A stretch of DNA of 64,000 bases from Selaginella moellendorffii (GCF_000143415.4 NW_003314333.1:571207-635206); one strand, 5' to 3'. Shown: positions 35,611-48,600, numbered from the stretch's first letter. Notes: generated by a model from the letters alone, not told the origin. Made by a program: numbers and translations.

Positions 35611-38436
35611 ATGGCCTCCGCAAGTGCGATGCATGTTCCCTCCGTGGATCTTAAAAACCGTGCTACATGGATTCAGGAAAAGGTGTTTCTAAACAACCCT
35701 GAGGGGGAGGTGGTAACTGAGGGCTTAGCCACAGTTGTCAATCCAAGAGATGCGGATGCTAATCAAGAATTGGGCTGGGATGATATTGGAGTTGCGATTT
35801 TAGAGGTTGTTGACACAGAAGAAAACAGTCTGACTATTGGAAGCATTGTGCGGTGGAAATTGAGGCACTTAGTGTTTGAGAATGTGAAGGATTCACAATC
35901 AAACACCGCTACAACTGATGACAGAACATCTCTTCATGGGAAAAGAAAGTACACCTTCCTAAAGTGCAGCCAAAGGGATCTGAGCAACGAACCGAAAAGG
36001 CAGAAAATGGCGATGGAGGTTCGAATGGTCTCGACAGTTGCTTGTTGCAAGAGGAGGTGCTGTCAACATGCTGATTGGGATGCTATTGAAGAGGAGAGAG
36101 CAAGATACAAGACATTGTCCTGGAAGGCAGCTCGCAATTTTGTGTATGAGGCATTACGGTCATCTATTGATGCTTCAGAACATCAGGTGGGGGGCATGGT
36201 CTTCCAGAGGGGTTTGGTCTGCATGAAGGCATGGAGAATCATTTATGGAGTCCCTCGAACCACATTCTACAGAATCAAAACTGAGTTCGAGGAACAAAGG
36301 GTTCAACAGGCAGTCCATGGGAACGACGGTACTCACAAAACCAGGGGTCATGTTGTATATGGAGAGGCAATCTTCAAGAGGTTTGTCGAGACATGTAGCA
36401 AGCAGCAACCACATAAAACCCGCCTCTTTGAAGATGGAACTCGAGACACCCAATGAGTTCTCCCTTCCATGTATACCAAGGGGGCCATATTGGAAGATGT
36501 GAATCGGGAACTCCAGAGTAATGGCTACAGGAAGCTGAGCCAATCTAGATTTAGTAGATTGTCGAGCAACAGGTTCAGGGATGTGAGTATAGGAAAGTAC
36601 TCCAGCTTTTCAAAGTGTGACGAGTGCACTGCTATCAAAATGGCTTTGTCGAAGAATTCTTGCATTGCTCAAGAGCGAGAGACGTTGGTTAGAAAGCGGC
36701 TCGACCACAACATCGAGCAGAGAAGCTGCAGGACTGCATATTATCATAACAGGATTCTCTCCATGGAGAGACCTGACTCTTACCTCTGCATCATCCACGA
36801 CAAAATGGACCAGAAAAAGACGTGCTTACCTCGACTCAATCATGCCCCCAAGGCAATCTCTTCATCCATGCAGCTGCCTGTGTCTCTGTTTGGCATAATC
36901 GCTCATGGGCATGGTGCCCAGAACTATGGGAACTTCTTTGTACCTCTATGGGGTGGCGGGGGTGCAAACATGATGATTGCGTCCCTAGCAAAACACTTAA
37001 GGTCTCTGTAAAGTGTGCAGACTGAGCTGAACAGCCAACCCTTGCATAAGGCCCTTGTCGATTGAACCCCATACAGGGTTCAGCTGGAGGAGGAGCAAAG
37101 GCTTGCAGTATCGCGTGGGGCCCCATGCCATCCCAGTGAATATGTTGGCCGTCAGATTGTAGGGTTATCACGTGAGGCCTCATGCCATTCCGACGAGGCT
37201 GGTCGCTCGGTGAATGCACAGCCTCATCCAAACGAAGCAGAATCTCAAGGAAGTTCTTGCGGCCGATGTGGCCTTCCACCCCATCTTCTGCTCCAAACAG
37301 ACAATGCTGGCAGTGAGAACAAAAACATGTACGTCTTCGCGTACTTGGCGATGCTTGTTGCCAAAAGCATATTTGAAACGGTTACACTTGGCTTTCTCAT
37401 GGTTGGGCACACTCATGAAGACGTCGATGCCATGTTCAGTCACCTGGCAGAGTCCCTCCGGCGATCCAATGTCCTCACCCTCCCACAATTCTACGATGAA
37501 TTCCAAAATTGCATCAAAGGCACTGTTGAAGCTGCACTTGTGACAGAGGTTCCAGACTTTAAGGGGTTTGTAAGTGGCTACATCAGGGACGGATCCGAAA
37601 CGCTGATTGGCCACTCCAAGCCTCTTCAATTTCATTTCAGCATGCGTGACGGTGCTCCAATGATGAGGTACAAGATGAGAGAATGGGACACACTGTGGCT
37701 GCCAGTGGACGGCATTGAACTCTTCAAGAGAGATCCCATAACTGGGGAACCTATGATTCCTCAGGGTTCCCCACGGCCGATGCATCCGGATGGACTCAAA
37801 GACTAGGAAAGTATAGTGGCCGGGATTAGACAGCATATTGCCTTCTGGAAGAGGGGGTTGGTGTTTGGTGGAGAATCCTATTTTCAGAGGTGCAAGCCTT
37901 TGCTTGAATACTGGGAGAAGATTATATCTGCTATCCAAAATGGGCCGGTTGTATATGAAGAATTGGAAGAGTCCTTTTGGCCAGAACCCAGAGCACCAGA
38001 TAGTAGCGGAACAATGTCCTCTGGAAATGCAGTGACAGATAACGATGTTGAGGATCACTATTGTGGGCCGAGGAACAAGAAGCCGGATTCAGCATTCAAT
38101 CCAGTACAGGTCTGCAAAGGAATGGTCGTGCTTGTCAGACCCAGTAATAAAAAACAAATGATATGGGTGGGGCACTGCATCACTAATGCAGAGGAGGACG
38201 CGGAAACTAACTCCTTCAATGTAACTGTGGAGTGGTTCAAGCCAAGTTCCGAATATACGAAGGATTGCCTAGAAAAGAGATGGGTGCTGAATCCAAGGGA
38301 TCCCAGCATGAGCATATCGGTGGATAATGTTGTGCATGGTTGGATGCGGAAGCAGAGTGCCACCATCACCTTGCCAGACCATGCAAGAGATGTAGCAAGA
38401 GCATTCATAACCCGGGTTCAAGGTGAGATTCATTAA
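35611..38436 (+). pseudogene. Sola-like transposase, one continuous frame with four premature stops
   Basis: CCKRRC, KCDEC..H, HDKMDQKKT, QTDNAGSENKN, FLMVGHTHEDVDAMFS. Stops near 36454, 37009, 37063 and 37804, all explicable by single transitions. Confidence 0.75.
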
Positions 38437-40070
38437 TATTCCTTTACTAAGTTTCTAATGTATTTTATTTCAAGGTGAACAATCCGAATCTGAATCAGAG
38501 GAGGCGTGATGGCATGTGGCCTTATGCCATTCCTAGGTGAGATGATACAAATAACAAGTATAAATTCTTAGTTGTTCTAGCAAATCTTACTTAAAGTTCA
38601 AGGTGACAAGCCGAATATGAATTCATCGGATTGTTATAACAAATTGCGAGTTGATGGCATGAGGCGATATGCCATTTGAGAGTGGTAGCCATTCCTATAT
38701 GAGGTGAGTGAAATATTTATTAGAAATACCTCATTCAATTGTGCACTTCTAAGTCTTGGTCCACTCAGTACTGTTTGCATGTTTCTATTTTAATTCTTTC
38801 TCTAAAATGTTATTTAGCATGTGGCTTCATGCCATTGCTCTCCACAATCATGTATTGAATTTTTCTATCCTTGCATAATACTTCTCCATATATATAGCAT
38901 GTGCGCACATGTGATATGGTTCATTAGGCCTAATATAGTGTGTGAGGTAAAACAAAGATGATGTGACATATGCATTTACCAATCACACGTGCATAAATCT
39001 AATAATATGGCGTGTGGCCCATATTAATGGCACATAAACCCATATTGTGGGCTTACGTGCTTTATGTACCATCATTCCCTTGCAGCGTGTGTGTTGGTTT
39101 CCTTTTATAACACAACGAACTCCATATTTTAGGGTGAAGAGCATTCTCATGGCAAGCACAAAATCTGTAAGTGAGGCAGAAAAGGAGACGGAGAAGGAGA
39201 TAGGTGAAGATGTAGAATATATAAGTCTTCCAAACTCCCCGTACTATACTCCAGGTGATCATTTTTCTGAACAAACGGCAACATTAACAACTATCGAGAA
39301 CGCCCCAGTAACGTCAGAGACAACAATCCAAAGCAAAACAACTGACCCGGAGAAGGATGATAGTACCGCTGAGAGTACCAAAAAGGAGGTGTCTACTAGC
39401 GCTTAGGCTTATAATGGCGTGTGCCCTCATGCCATTTACTTGATCACCAAATACCTTTTTCCCTTTGCACTAGTATATCTTAATACCGGTCTGAGAAATA
39501 GAATGGCATGTGCCCTTAGGCCTTTTACTAAATCACCTTTGAAAGAAATGCAAGCCTTTATGTCGTAAAAAAAAGGTACTAGAGAAATTCCTTAATAATA
39601 TGAATGTTATTTAGTTTCATGAAAATACACTAAGGGTCAAATGAGTTAAATGACTTCTCCAGACTAGCAATGCCTCTTGCTACACCTTCACAATTAGATT
39701 CGTTAGAAAAAGATAACATTGAATAATATCTAAATGTTCTCACCATTAAGTTATATGTTTGGCTAATAGGAATGACGTTCATCTTGGAAAGCTCACCACA
39801 CGCTCAATGAACAAACAAATAGTGTGTGCGCGCATGCCATCGCTCTTCTTTAGCTTCAGATTCGGCTTGTTCACCTTGACAATGAGATTTATTATACAAC
39901 CAGATAGACTCAGTCTGGACACAAAGTCACCGCGCTAGTCACCATGCCCCAGATATGTCTAGCCCCTGGACAAAAAACATATAATTTCACGTCATTTTCA
40001 AATACTTGAAAATTTGTACCTAGTCCCATTTTACTGAATAAATCCCACTTTAACGAAATAGAGCATAAAG

Positions 40071-43061
40071 GAACTAAGGCAGCCTTTTTGTGCTTACTCT
40101 CGGTGAAGAGTGACAAAAAGACAGGAACGGAAGAAGTACCTTTAGTAATCCAGCGGGTGTTGGACCAATTCCAGGATACCATGCCGGAGGAGCTACCGGC
40201 GGGTTGCCCCCCGCACGACCGATAGAACATAAGATTGAGCTGGTCGAGGGCGCTGAGGCGGTGGTTCGTCCACCCTATCGTTTGAACGAAAAAGAACTCG
40301 CGGAGCTCAAACGCCAACTAGAGGAGTTGGTGGACAAAGGGTATGTTAGGTTGAGCAAATCGCCGTATGGGGCACCGGTGCTATTTGTGAAAATGAAAGA
40401 TGGGTCTATGCGCATGTGCATAGACTACCGGTTGCTCAACAAGTATACAAAGAAGAACAAGTACCCTTTGCCAAGGATCGAGGACCTGTTCGATAGGTTG
40501 GGAAAGGCAAAATACTTCTTGAGAATTGACCTAAGGTCAGGATACTACCAGATCAGGGTAGCAGAGGAAGATGTCGAGAAGACAACCTGTCGAACGAGGT
40601 ATGGGAGCTTTAAGTTTCTGGTGATGCCCTTCGGACTATGCAATGCACCGGCAACGTTTTCGGCGTTGATGAAACATATCTTTGTACCCTATCTGGATCA
40701 CTTTGTGGTCATCTATATTGACGACATCCTGATCTATAGCGAAACGCTAGAGGAGCATGCCAAACACTTGACGAAGGTGTTTGAGAAACTAAGGGAACAC
40801 CAATTGTATGCTAAAGAGAGCAAATGTGACTTTGCTCAACAAGAGGTAAAGTTTCTCGGGCATGTGGTGGGCAAGGACGGGCTCAAGGTGGACCCTGAGA
40901 AGGTCCAAGCGATCCAGGATTAGGAGCGACCATCCAATGTACATGAGTTAAGGGCATTCTTGGGGCTATGCAACTACTATCGAAAGTTTATCAGACACTA
41001 TTCGAGAGTAGCCCTGCCCTTATCAAACCAAACAGGAAAAGGGAAGATGGTATGGACAGCAGAATGCGAGGCGGCATTCGTCCACCTCAAAGGGAAGTTG
41101 AGGAAGGCCCCCGTGTTGGCATTACCAGACTTTGGTAAGGACTTTGAGGTAGAAACAGATGCTTCAGACTTTGCGTTAGGCGCAGTTTTGAAGCAGGACA
41201 ACCATCCAGTAGCATTCTTCTCGAAGAAGTTGGACAAAGCTCAACGGAAGTGGCCTTCCCATGAGAAGGAATTGTTTGCGGTGGTCAAGGCGCTCAAGGA
41301 GTGGCGACACTACCTTGGGAGACACTTCAAAGTTTACACGGACAATGTGGCAACGAAACACTTCTTGTCACAGCCCGACCTAAGGGGAAAACAAGGTCGG
41401 TGGGCCAATGCTTTGGCCGAGTTTGATTGCGAGATCCTGTACAAGCCTGGGAAGAGCAACATCGTGGCAGATGCGCTAAGTAGAAAAGCGAGCTTGAAGT
41501 TGGCAATATCTAGCGCGACAGCAACCTTTTGGGATGATGTGCGACTGCATACGAGAACGATGGTCTAGCACAAGAAGTGTTGCTGAGGAATCTAGAGGCG
41601 CGGGAAGCTCACCAGAGAGGTGAGCTGCCAACGGAAGAGAAAATGGGCTATGTGGAACGCAACGGACTCATCTATTACAAGCAAACGAGGGTGTATGTTC
41701 CAGAAGGGGAACTAAGGAAGGTAGCCTTGGAAGAGTGTCATGATGGACCTCTCGCGGGACACAGCGGAGTGCCCAAGACGATGAGCTTACTCAAAAGGAA
41801 GTATCACTGGCCAGATATGGCTAAGGACGTCCAAGACTATGTAAAGACATGTCCAACATGTCAGCAGGTCAAAGCCATGACGAAAGCTAGTGGGGGCTTG
41901 TTGCAAAGCATCCCCATTCCAGATCGTCCGTGGAAATGTCTCACGATGGACTTCATCACGGGACTACCCCCAAGCGAGGGGTTCGATGCGATATTCGTGG
42001 TGGTGGACCGATTTTCAAAGATGGCACATTTCATACCCACCACAACGGAAGTGGATGCGGAAGGTGTGGCGAAGCTGTTCTTCGAACAAGTGGTTCGAGT
42101 GCGGGGAAGGCCGGAAGAGATTATCTCAGATCGAGATAAGATCTTCACTAGTAGGTTCTGGAGGACACTCCTAGAACAGTATCGCACCAAGTTGAAATTC
42201 AGCACAGCCTATCACCCACAGACAGGTAATGGGTATTAAGTCAAGATTGATGGCACTAACACTTCTTGACAAACGGACAAACGGAAAGGGTGAATAGGCA
42301 GCTGGAGGATTATTTGCGATGCTATGTCTCGGGAGACCAGACCGACTGGGTAAGTCATTTAGGACTTGCGGAAATGTGTTATAACAACTCACTACATTCG
42401 AGCATCGGATTGAGTCCATAGGAAGTCATCAATGGGCGAGCTATTGAAGGTCCGGTGGAACTCGGCGTGGCCGAGTATCATGGAGAGTTACCCGCAGTGG
42501 AGGCATTCACGGAGGAAAGACTCAACATTTGGAATCTAGTGAGGGATTCCTTGGAACGGGCTCAACAAAGGCAAACTAAGTATGCGAACCAAAAGCGTCG
42601 GGATGTGGAGTTCCAAGCTGGGGAGGTGTGGCTGAACACCAAGAACCTCAGGCTACCAAGTGGGATCAATTGGAAGTTGACCCAAAGGTAAAAATGCATG
42701 TATTCCTGTAAATGAATTGATCTTGAGTTCCTTAAGCAGGTTCGCGGGGCCTTACGAGATTGAGGCTCTAATCGGTAAAGTGGCTTACCGTCTCCGACTT
42801 CCTCGAGAGATGGGGAAGATGCATCCCGTGTTCCACGTGAACTTACTCAAGCCGTATTTTGAGGATCCGCTTCGCAAGGACCAAGTAAGACCTTTACCTG
42901 AGGTTATCCAAGGGGAGGAGGAATACAAAGTCGAGGCCATCCTCAATGCACGTAAGAGCAAGCGACAAGGACGCGAGGTGAGAGAGTTCCATGTGAAGTG
43001 GAAAGGATTTCCACACTGCGAAGCAATATGGGAACCGGAGGAGAACCTAGCGAACGCGTGA
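40071..43061 (+). pseudogene. pol: Chromovirus RT-RNase H-integrase-chromodomain with stops, frameshifts and two introns
   Basis: YIDD, ETDASD, HHCC, TMDFI..SDRD..HPQT/DGQTER, GPY, and chromodomain YKVEAIL..VKWKGF..WEPEENL. Confidence 0.92.
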
Positions 43062-45634
43062 GATCTAGTGGAGGAATTTCTGCATAGCAGAACTCTATGT
43101 ATTTATGCAAAGTTCAATTAAAAGTATCAATTTGAGAAGTTGAGCAATGGCATATGTTGGGACCCGAAGGCGCGCCGAAGGTAAGCTAATTAGCATGGGT
43201 TAGCTAGGTCGACCAAGCGTAGGGAGCTACGCCCGACTCCCTACGGGGATGTCGAATCCGTAGACGTATTCTACAGAGGTTGGGTTCGAGTCCCAACCCC
43301 CTAGTAAAGCAAGGTTGGGTTCAAATCCCAACCCTATACTAGGGTGTGGTGAGGTGAGGAGTATAGGGACACCTATATTCCGTTGTCATGGGCTCTTGGC
43401 CGGGGAGGCTAACTTAGGCACACTGCTAAGTGGGGGGATGCCCCCGGAGACATGGTCAACAAGTCGTAGGATAAAATGAGACGTTTGATGTGGGCATCGA
43501 ACTTCTTCTATGGGTGGTGGAGTTGTAAGGAACCAACTCGCCGAGGTGTCGTAGGCTAAAGGAACCCCGAAAGCATGACCAAAATGACAAAGAGTTCATT
43601 GGATGGGACCAAGTCGAAGATCGAGTCCAAGACCGACTCTAGGACCGAGTTCGAGATAGAGTCCGGAATCGAGTCCGAGACCGACTCGGGGACCGAGTTC
43701 AAGTCCGAGTTCGAGACCAAGTTCGAGACGGAGTCCGAAATCCGAAATCGGGTCCGAGACCGAGTTCGAGGTCGAGTCCGAGGTCGGGTCCAAGATCGGG
43801 TTTGAGATCGAGTCCGAGATTGAGTCCGAGACCGAATCCGAAGTCGGATCCGAAATCGGGTCCGAGATCGAGCCAGAGACTAAGTCCAAATACTAATACG
43901 GGTCAAGGGGTGAAAGCCCAAAGCGTGCGTCTCCCAGGGGGGGGGGGGGGGGGGGGGGGGGCTCCAAGGGGTTCCAAAAATTTTGGAGGGATAGGGGGGG
44001 CCCGGAACCCGTTTTGAAGGGACCCTCTTGGGGGGCTTCCAAACCCACTTGGGGGTGAAAACGGGACCAAGGGGCCTTGGGGGGGAAGGAACATGGACTT
44101 GGGTGGGGCCGGAGGGGCCCTCCAAGGAAGGGTTCAAAAACAACCCCCCCTTTTGAAAGGGAAAACGATTGGGGGGCCCCCCGCCCTTGGGGGGGGGTGC
44201 CCCACTTGAGTACCATGCGGCTCATTGGTCCTTGCCCTACCTAGGGGCTTGGGCCTTTCTTCGGGATGGAAGTGGGGGGGTAGAGGTACCCATACCAGGC
44301 CGCTAGGCCACGGTGTTTCGCCCCGGCGTCCCGAAGCAAGTGTTGCACTCAAGACTTGGGATTTAGAGGGTCCCATGATCAAGTCTTGTGGTACCAAGGG
44401 ATGTTAGGAACCTGGAAGCTTGGTGTGCTTGGTTGCTTGTGCTTGCGGGGAGTGTAGCCGAACCTTAAGTCCAGTCTAACCCGGGGAGGGGGATTGGGAG
44501 TGATTTGGGAATCCGTGGATGGATGGGTAACACTCCGTTGCTCGTGCAGTGAGTAGCTGAGACCAAGTAGGAGCTGGTACCATAGGCGAGAACCTTGGCA
44601 AGGGAACTTAGCAAAAGCCAAGGCAGTGTTGGACGGATAGACAAGGTAAGTTGGCAAATTGGAAAGGAAAAATTTGTGGCTTACAGTGGCATTATTGCAT
44701 GCCATACATCAACATCTTTATGTCCTCTTGCTTTTGTTTTCTTTTGTATACAAACATATTATAGAAATGTTATATAATATTTCAAAAAAGTTAAATTTTA
44801 AATTGGTTCATACTTTATCTAACATTTTTTTGCTATGGTGGTGTACCTAGAATTATCTTCGGGAACCTTCAAGGAACTCTGTTCCTTAGCTTGCTAAGGC
44901 TTCTTCTTTGCAAGATCCCTATTCACCATATGGTCTAACATACTTGGATACTTAGTGTGGTTCAATGGGACCTCACTCTAGCCCCGTGGCTAAAGCACCC
45001 AAAAGTGGAAGGTGGGAAAGGCTCATATAGGACTACGGTGTTCCAAAATGTTGTCCCAAAATCCTAGACTGTGGAAAGGAAGAGGGGCAGTGTTTTGGTG
45101 TAGTGACCAAGGATATGGTTCCATGGTGAGGAAGTCCCAAAGTACAGTGGGACTTAGTGATCAGGCCAGTGGGACTTAACTTAATTTGTAGTGTGGGTGA
45201 ATATAGCCATGAATAGAAAGGGATTTGGTGGGGACTAAAATGGGGATAATGGGGAAAGTTGTTTTTTATGTTTACTAGCATTTTAAGGATGCTAAGGAGT
45301 GGATCTGGGATAACCACTTATAGATGGATGGCCCAGTCTTTGAGAGACAGGATTGTGATGCAGGTGGTGTTGGACCACTAATATGGCAAAGGAAAATGAA
45401 CATGGCTTTAGTGTAACAGGCTGATATATCGGTGGTACTTTTGGATGTCGGTCATGGGATCGAACATATGAAGCACTTAGACCAAGTGCAAAGGTTGAGT
45501 GGCATAAATACCATTCTCATGGCTAACAAGCCCCAAGTCCAAAATAGGATTTATGGAGGTTGTGAGTGAGACTCCTCCAAGTAGTCGGAAGTGTGGTTAA
45601 GTGACTAAAGTAGAATAAAAAATTTAATCGCTTA

Positions 45635-48600
45635 TAAATTGATATTGTTATTACCCAAGTTCAAGGACAAAAGTGAAGATGTGGTTGTGGCTATGATATC
45701 TACTATTGGATGTGTGATGAAGAAGGTCACACTTATCGGCATTATCGACATTTTCTGGATTAACAATCTCCATTTCCTAAGTGGAGACCTTAGTGTCAAC
45801 AATGTCCTATTGATGCTATTGCAATGGAAGGTTTGGACACCAAAATGCTTTTGGGAAATGAGAAGACATGCAAGTAGCAGAGGGTCCTTATGCAAATAAG
45901 TCAATGATCTTCACATTTTTCTTTTGGGAGTATCATCTTGACACCAGTTCATCTAGTATTTACTTTCCAACTTCATTTTTATAACAAAAGGTTTTAGGGA
46001 ACCAACTCTCCATGGTGTTATAGTCTAAAGGATCCCTAAAACCACGATTGGTCGAAATAATAAAGAATTCATTAGATGAGATTGAGTTCGAGACTAAGTT
46101 TGAGATTGAGTTCAAGACCAAGTTCAAGACTAAGTCTGAGATTTGAGATCGGGTCTGAGACCGAGTCCAAGATCGAGTCCAAGACCGAGCCTGAGGTCGG
46201 ATCCAAAATCGAGTTCAAGATCAAGTTCTGAGACCAAGTCCGAATACTAATACAGGTTATGGGGTGAAAGAGTGATCGTTCCACAAAGAGAGGGAGGGGG
46301 TGGGGGGCATTGCATAAGGTTCCAAATGTATAGTAGGGATAGTGATTTCCAAAAACTAGTTTAAAGGAACTCTTCAATAATGTTTCCAAACCAGCTTAAG
46401 GTTAAAATAGGGGGTTAAGGGCCTTGGGTGGAACTCGGTCAAGTGGTGCTAAAGAGGCCAACAGAGAAAGTGTGTAAGAAGAGCTCCTACTCTCGGAAGG
46501 GAAACCAACTATAGTGCTCCCAACTCAGATGGAATGGTGCCCCACTTGAGTACCATATGGCTCATTGGTCCTTACTCCTTCCCTTCAGGATGGAAATGGG
46601 GGAATAAAGGTACCCACACTGGGCCATTAGGCCATAATGCTTCCCCTGGGGTCCCAAAGTAAGATATGCACCCAAAGCAAGGTCTCATGATCAAGTCTTG
46701 CTGTACCACGGGGTATTAAAAACTTGGTAGCTTGGTGTGCTTGGCTGCTTATGCCTGTGGGATTGTAACTAAACCTTAAGTTCAATCTAACCCGGGGAAG
46801 GGGATTGAAAGAAAATTTGGGAATCCATGGATGGATGGCTAACACTCCATTGCTTATGTAGTCAATAACTAAAACTAAGTGGAACTAAATAAAAGATAAT
46901 ACAATAGGTAGGAATGTGTGTGTGGGTGATTTCAAGCTTGAGATACAGTCATTATGGGTGGCACTGATTCAAACTTTTAACCTCATTTGTGATATGTATT
47001 GGTTGTAGTCCAATTATGCCAAGTATAAATTTGAGGCTTCTCCCCTTTGTCTCATACTTCTTTATATTATTTCTATTCCTTTTATTTCTATTGCTCTTTA
47101 TCCCTTTATTTTTACCTCTACTTCCCTATCAATTTGGTCTCCTCATTACTTTCTCCTATATTTTTGTCTTGTTCCTCTATTCCTTCTTTAGATCCCTCCA
47201 ATAGTTTTTGTGTTATAGTGGTTAACCAAATTATAAAAGAGTATGCTAATCTTTTTTAATTTGACCTGTTATCTAGGGCCAAGATTGTAACAAGTCATCC
47301 TATTCCAACTAAGGATGTTTGTCTAATCAAGGTTTTTATTTGTTATTTATCACCAAAAGAGATCAAGATTTTACATGCAAACATTAAAAAGATGTTGGAA
47401 AAGGGTGTTATACAAAAGTCGCGGAATCCTTAAGTATGTGAACCTCATTTTATGACAAAGTTTGATAGAAGTATTTATTTCTACATTGACTATTGTCCAT
47501 TAAATAAAATGACAATCCCAGATGTGTACCTTCTTCCTCATACTATTGATCTTTTAAATAATCTAAGGAAAAGTTATTGGTTCATAAAGTTAAATCTTAC
47601 TTCTGGGTATTAGCCAATGTCAATGGCCAAAAAAGATATTCCCAAGATTGTTTTTTGTAAACCATTTGGTTTGTATAAATTTTTAGTGATATTGTTTGGT
47701 TTAAACAATGCTCTAGTAACATTTCAGGAAGATAATGGATGAAGTTCTTTGCAATATGCTAGAGGTAACTGTTGACTTCATTGATGATGTCTTGATCCAC
47801 TTGAAAGGGACATAGGAGGAACACGTCCATAATGGTTGTAAAGTGTTAGATTAGTTATGGGAAGAAAGGGAATCTCATATTTTTAATGAGTCTATTGTTC
47901 CAATATATATGGATTTTTTGGATAAGAATCCTATGCCATTGATTGTTGCTGTACTTGATATTTAGTATCCACAAAGTGTGGAACAAAATTTACCTTCTCT
48001 TGATGAGGCTCACATGAGTTGTGGATCTGAAGGCTTTGTGATGGGTTTGAGAATTCTGTATCACTTTTTAATGACTTGCCATTTGGAATTTACATTCTAA
48101 ATATCATTTTGAAAACGACCTTTTTTATTTTGTGGGGATGGATTTTAATGATCATTTATAGTTGGTGGTGCCTTTGATCTTTATTCTATACTTTCTCTAT
48201 GTCTACCATGATTCTCCTATTTTAGGCAGATATATAGGACATTATTGTATGACCAAGAAACTGTGAAAATCTTTCTATTGATTGAAGATGCAACATAATG
48301 TTATTCGGTATATGCATAGTTGTGTTTGGTCCCAAGCTTATAATATTCCCCCTTGTGTTGTAAAAGGATAGTTGGAATCAATTACAATTTCCTATTTATT
48401 TGATTTGGTGGCATTTGATTTGATAGGGCCTTTTCCAATATCAACTGCTAGCAATAAGTATGTCATTATTGCTTCTGACTACTTGACTTGTTGGGTGGAA
48501 GTTAGTATTTTGATAGTGTGTTTACAATTATTGTTGAATACTTCTTCCTTAATCAAATAGTGTTTTAGCATTCATATTTAGAGCAAATTCTTTTGAATAA

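Larger units (their letters stand above)
27723..39840. repeat. Dispersed 22-bp palindrome ATGGCRTGWGGCCWCAYGCCAT, more than 20 copies within the DNA transposon
   Basis: Copies start at about 27723, 28015, 29091, 29166, 30386, 30577, 30718, 32217, 33494, 33554, 33631, 35339, 35437, 35507, 37110, 37167, 38509, 38654, 38814, 38894, 39007, 39414, 39503 and 39819. Confidence 0.9.
27629..40066. mobile_element. 12.4-kb TIR DNA transposon (Sola-like DDD transposase) with cargo gene
   Basis: TIRs aaGCTCTATTTCGTTAAAGTGGGA / TCCCACTTTAACGAAATAGAGCat. TSD AAAG at 27625-27628 and 40067-40070 (TAAAG if 5 bp). Removing the element and one TSD restores the host gag-pol frame (..LTKGTKAAF..). Confidence 0.9.
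24711..44685 (+). mobile_element. Chromovirus (Ty3/gypsy with chromodomain), interrupted by a DNA transposon at 27629-40066
   Basis: LTRs at 24711-25860 and 43524-44685 (TGTAAG...CTTACA). Met PBS tggtatcggagc at ~25864. PPT gggtggtggagt. gag, PR, RT (YIDD), RNase H, IN and chromodomain present. Confidence 0.95.

Noticed and set aside
36454-37806. In-frame stops as U-to-C editing sites or readthrough
   Set aside because: Nuclear transposon DNA. The stops fit the C>T/G>A decay seen throughout the window.
39148-39406. Small acidic/Thr-rich ORF in the right arm of the DNA transposon
   Set aside because: Low complexity and no domain evidence. It cannot be supported as a gene without expression data.
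27723-39840. Palindromic repeats as a CRISPR array or MITEs
   Set aside because: Irregular spacing from tens of bp to about 2 kb, no cas genes, no individual TSDs, eukaryotic context.
43935-44200. 3' LTR segment very different from the 5' LTR, rich in homopolymers
   Set aside because: It begins right after a long poly-G run and every change lengthens a homopolymer. This is typical sequencing slippage, not biology, and it should be excluded from LTR dating.
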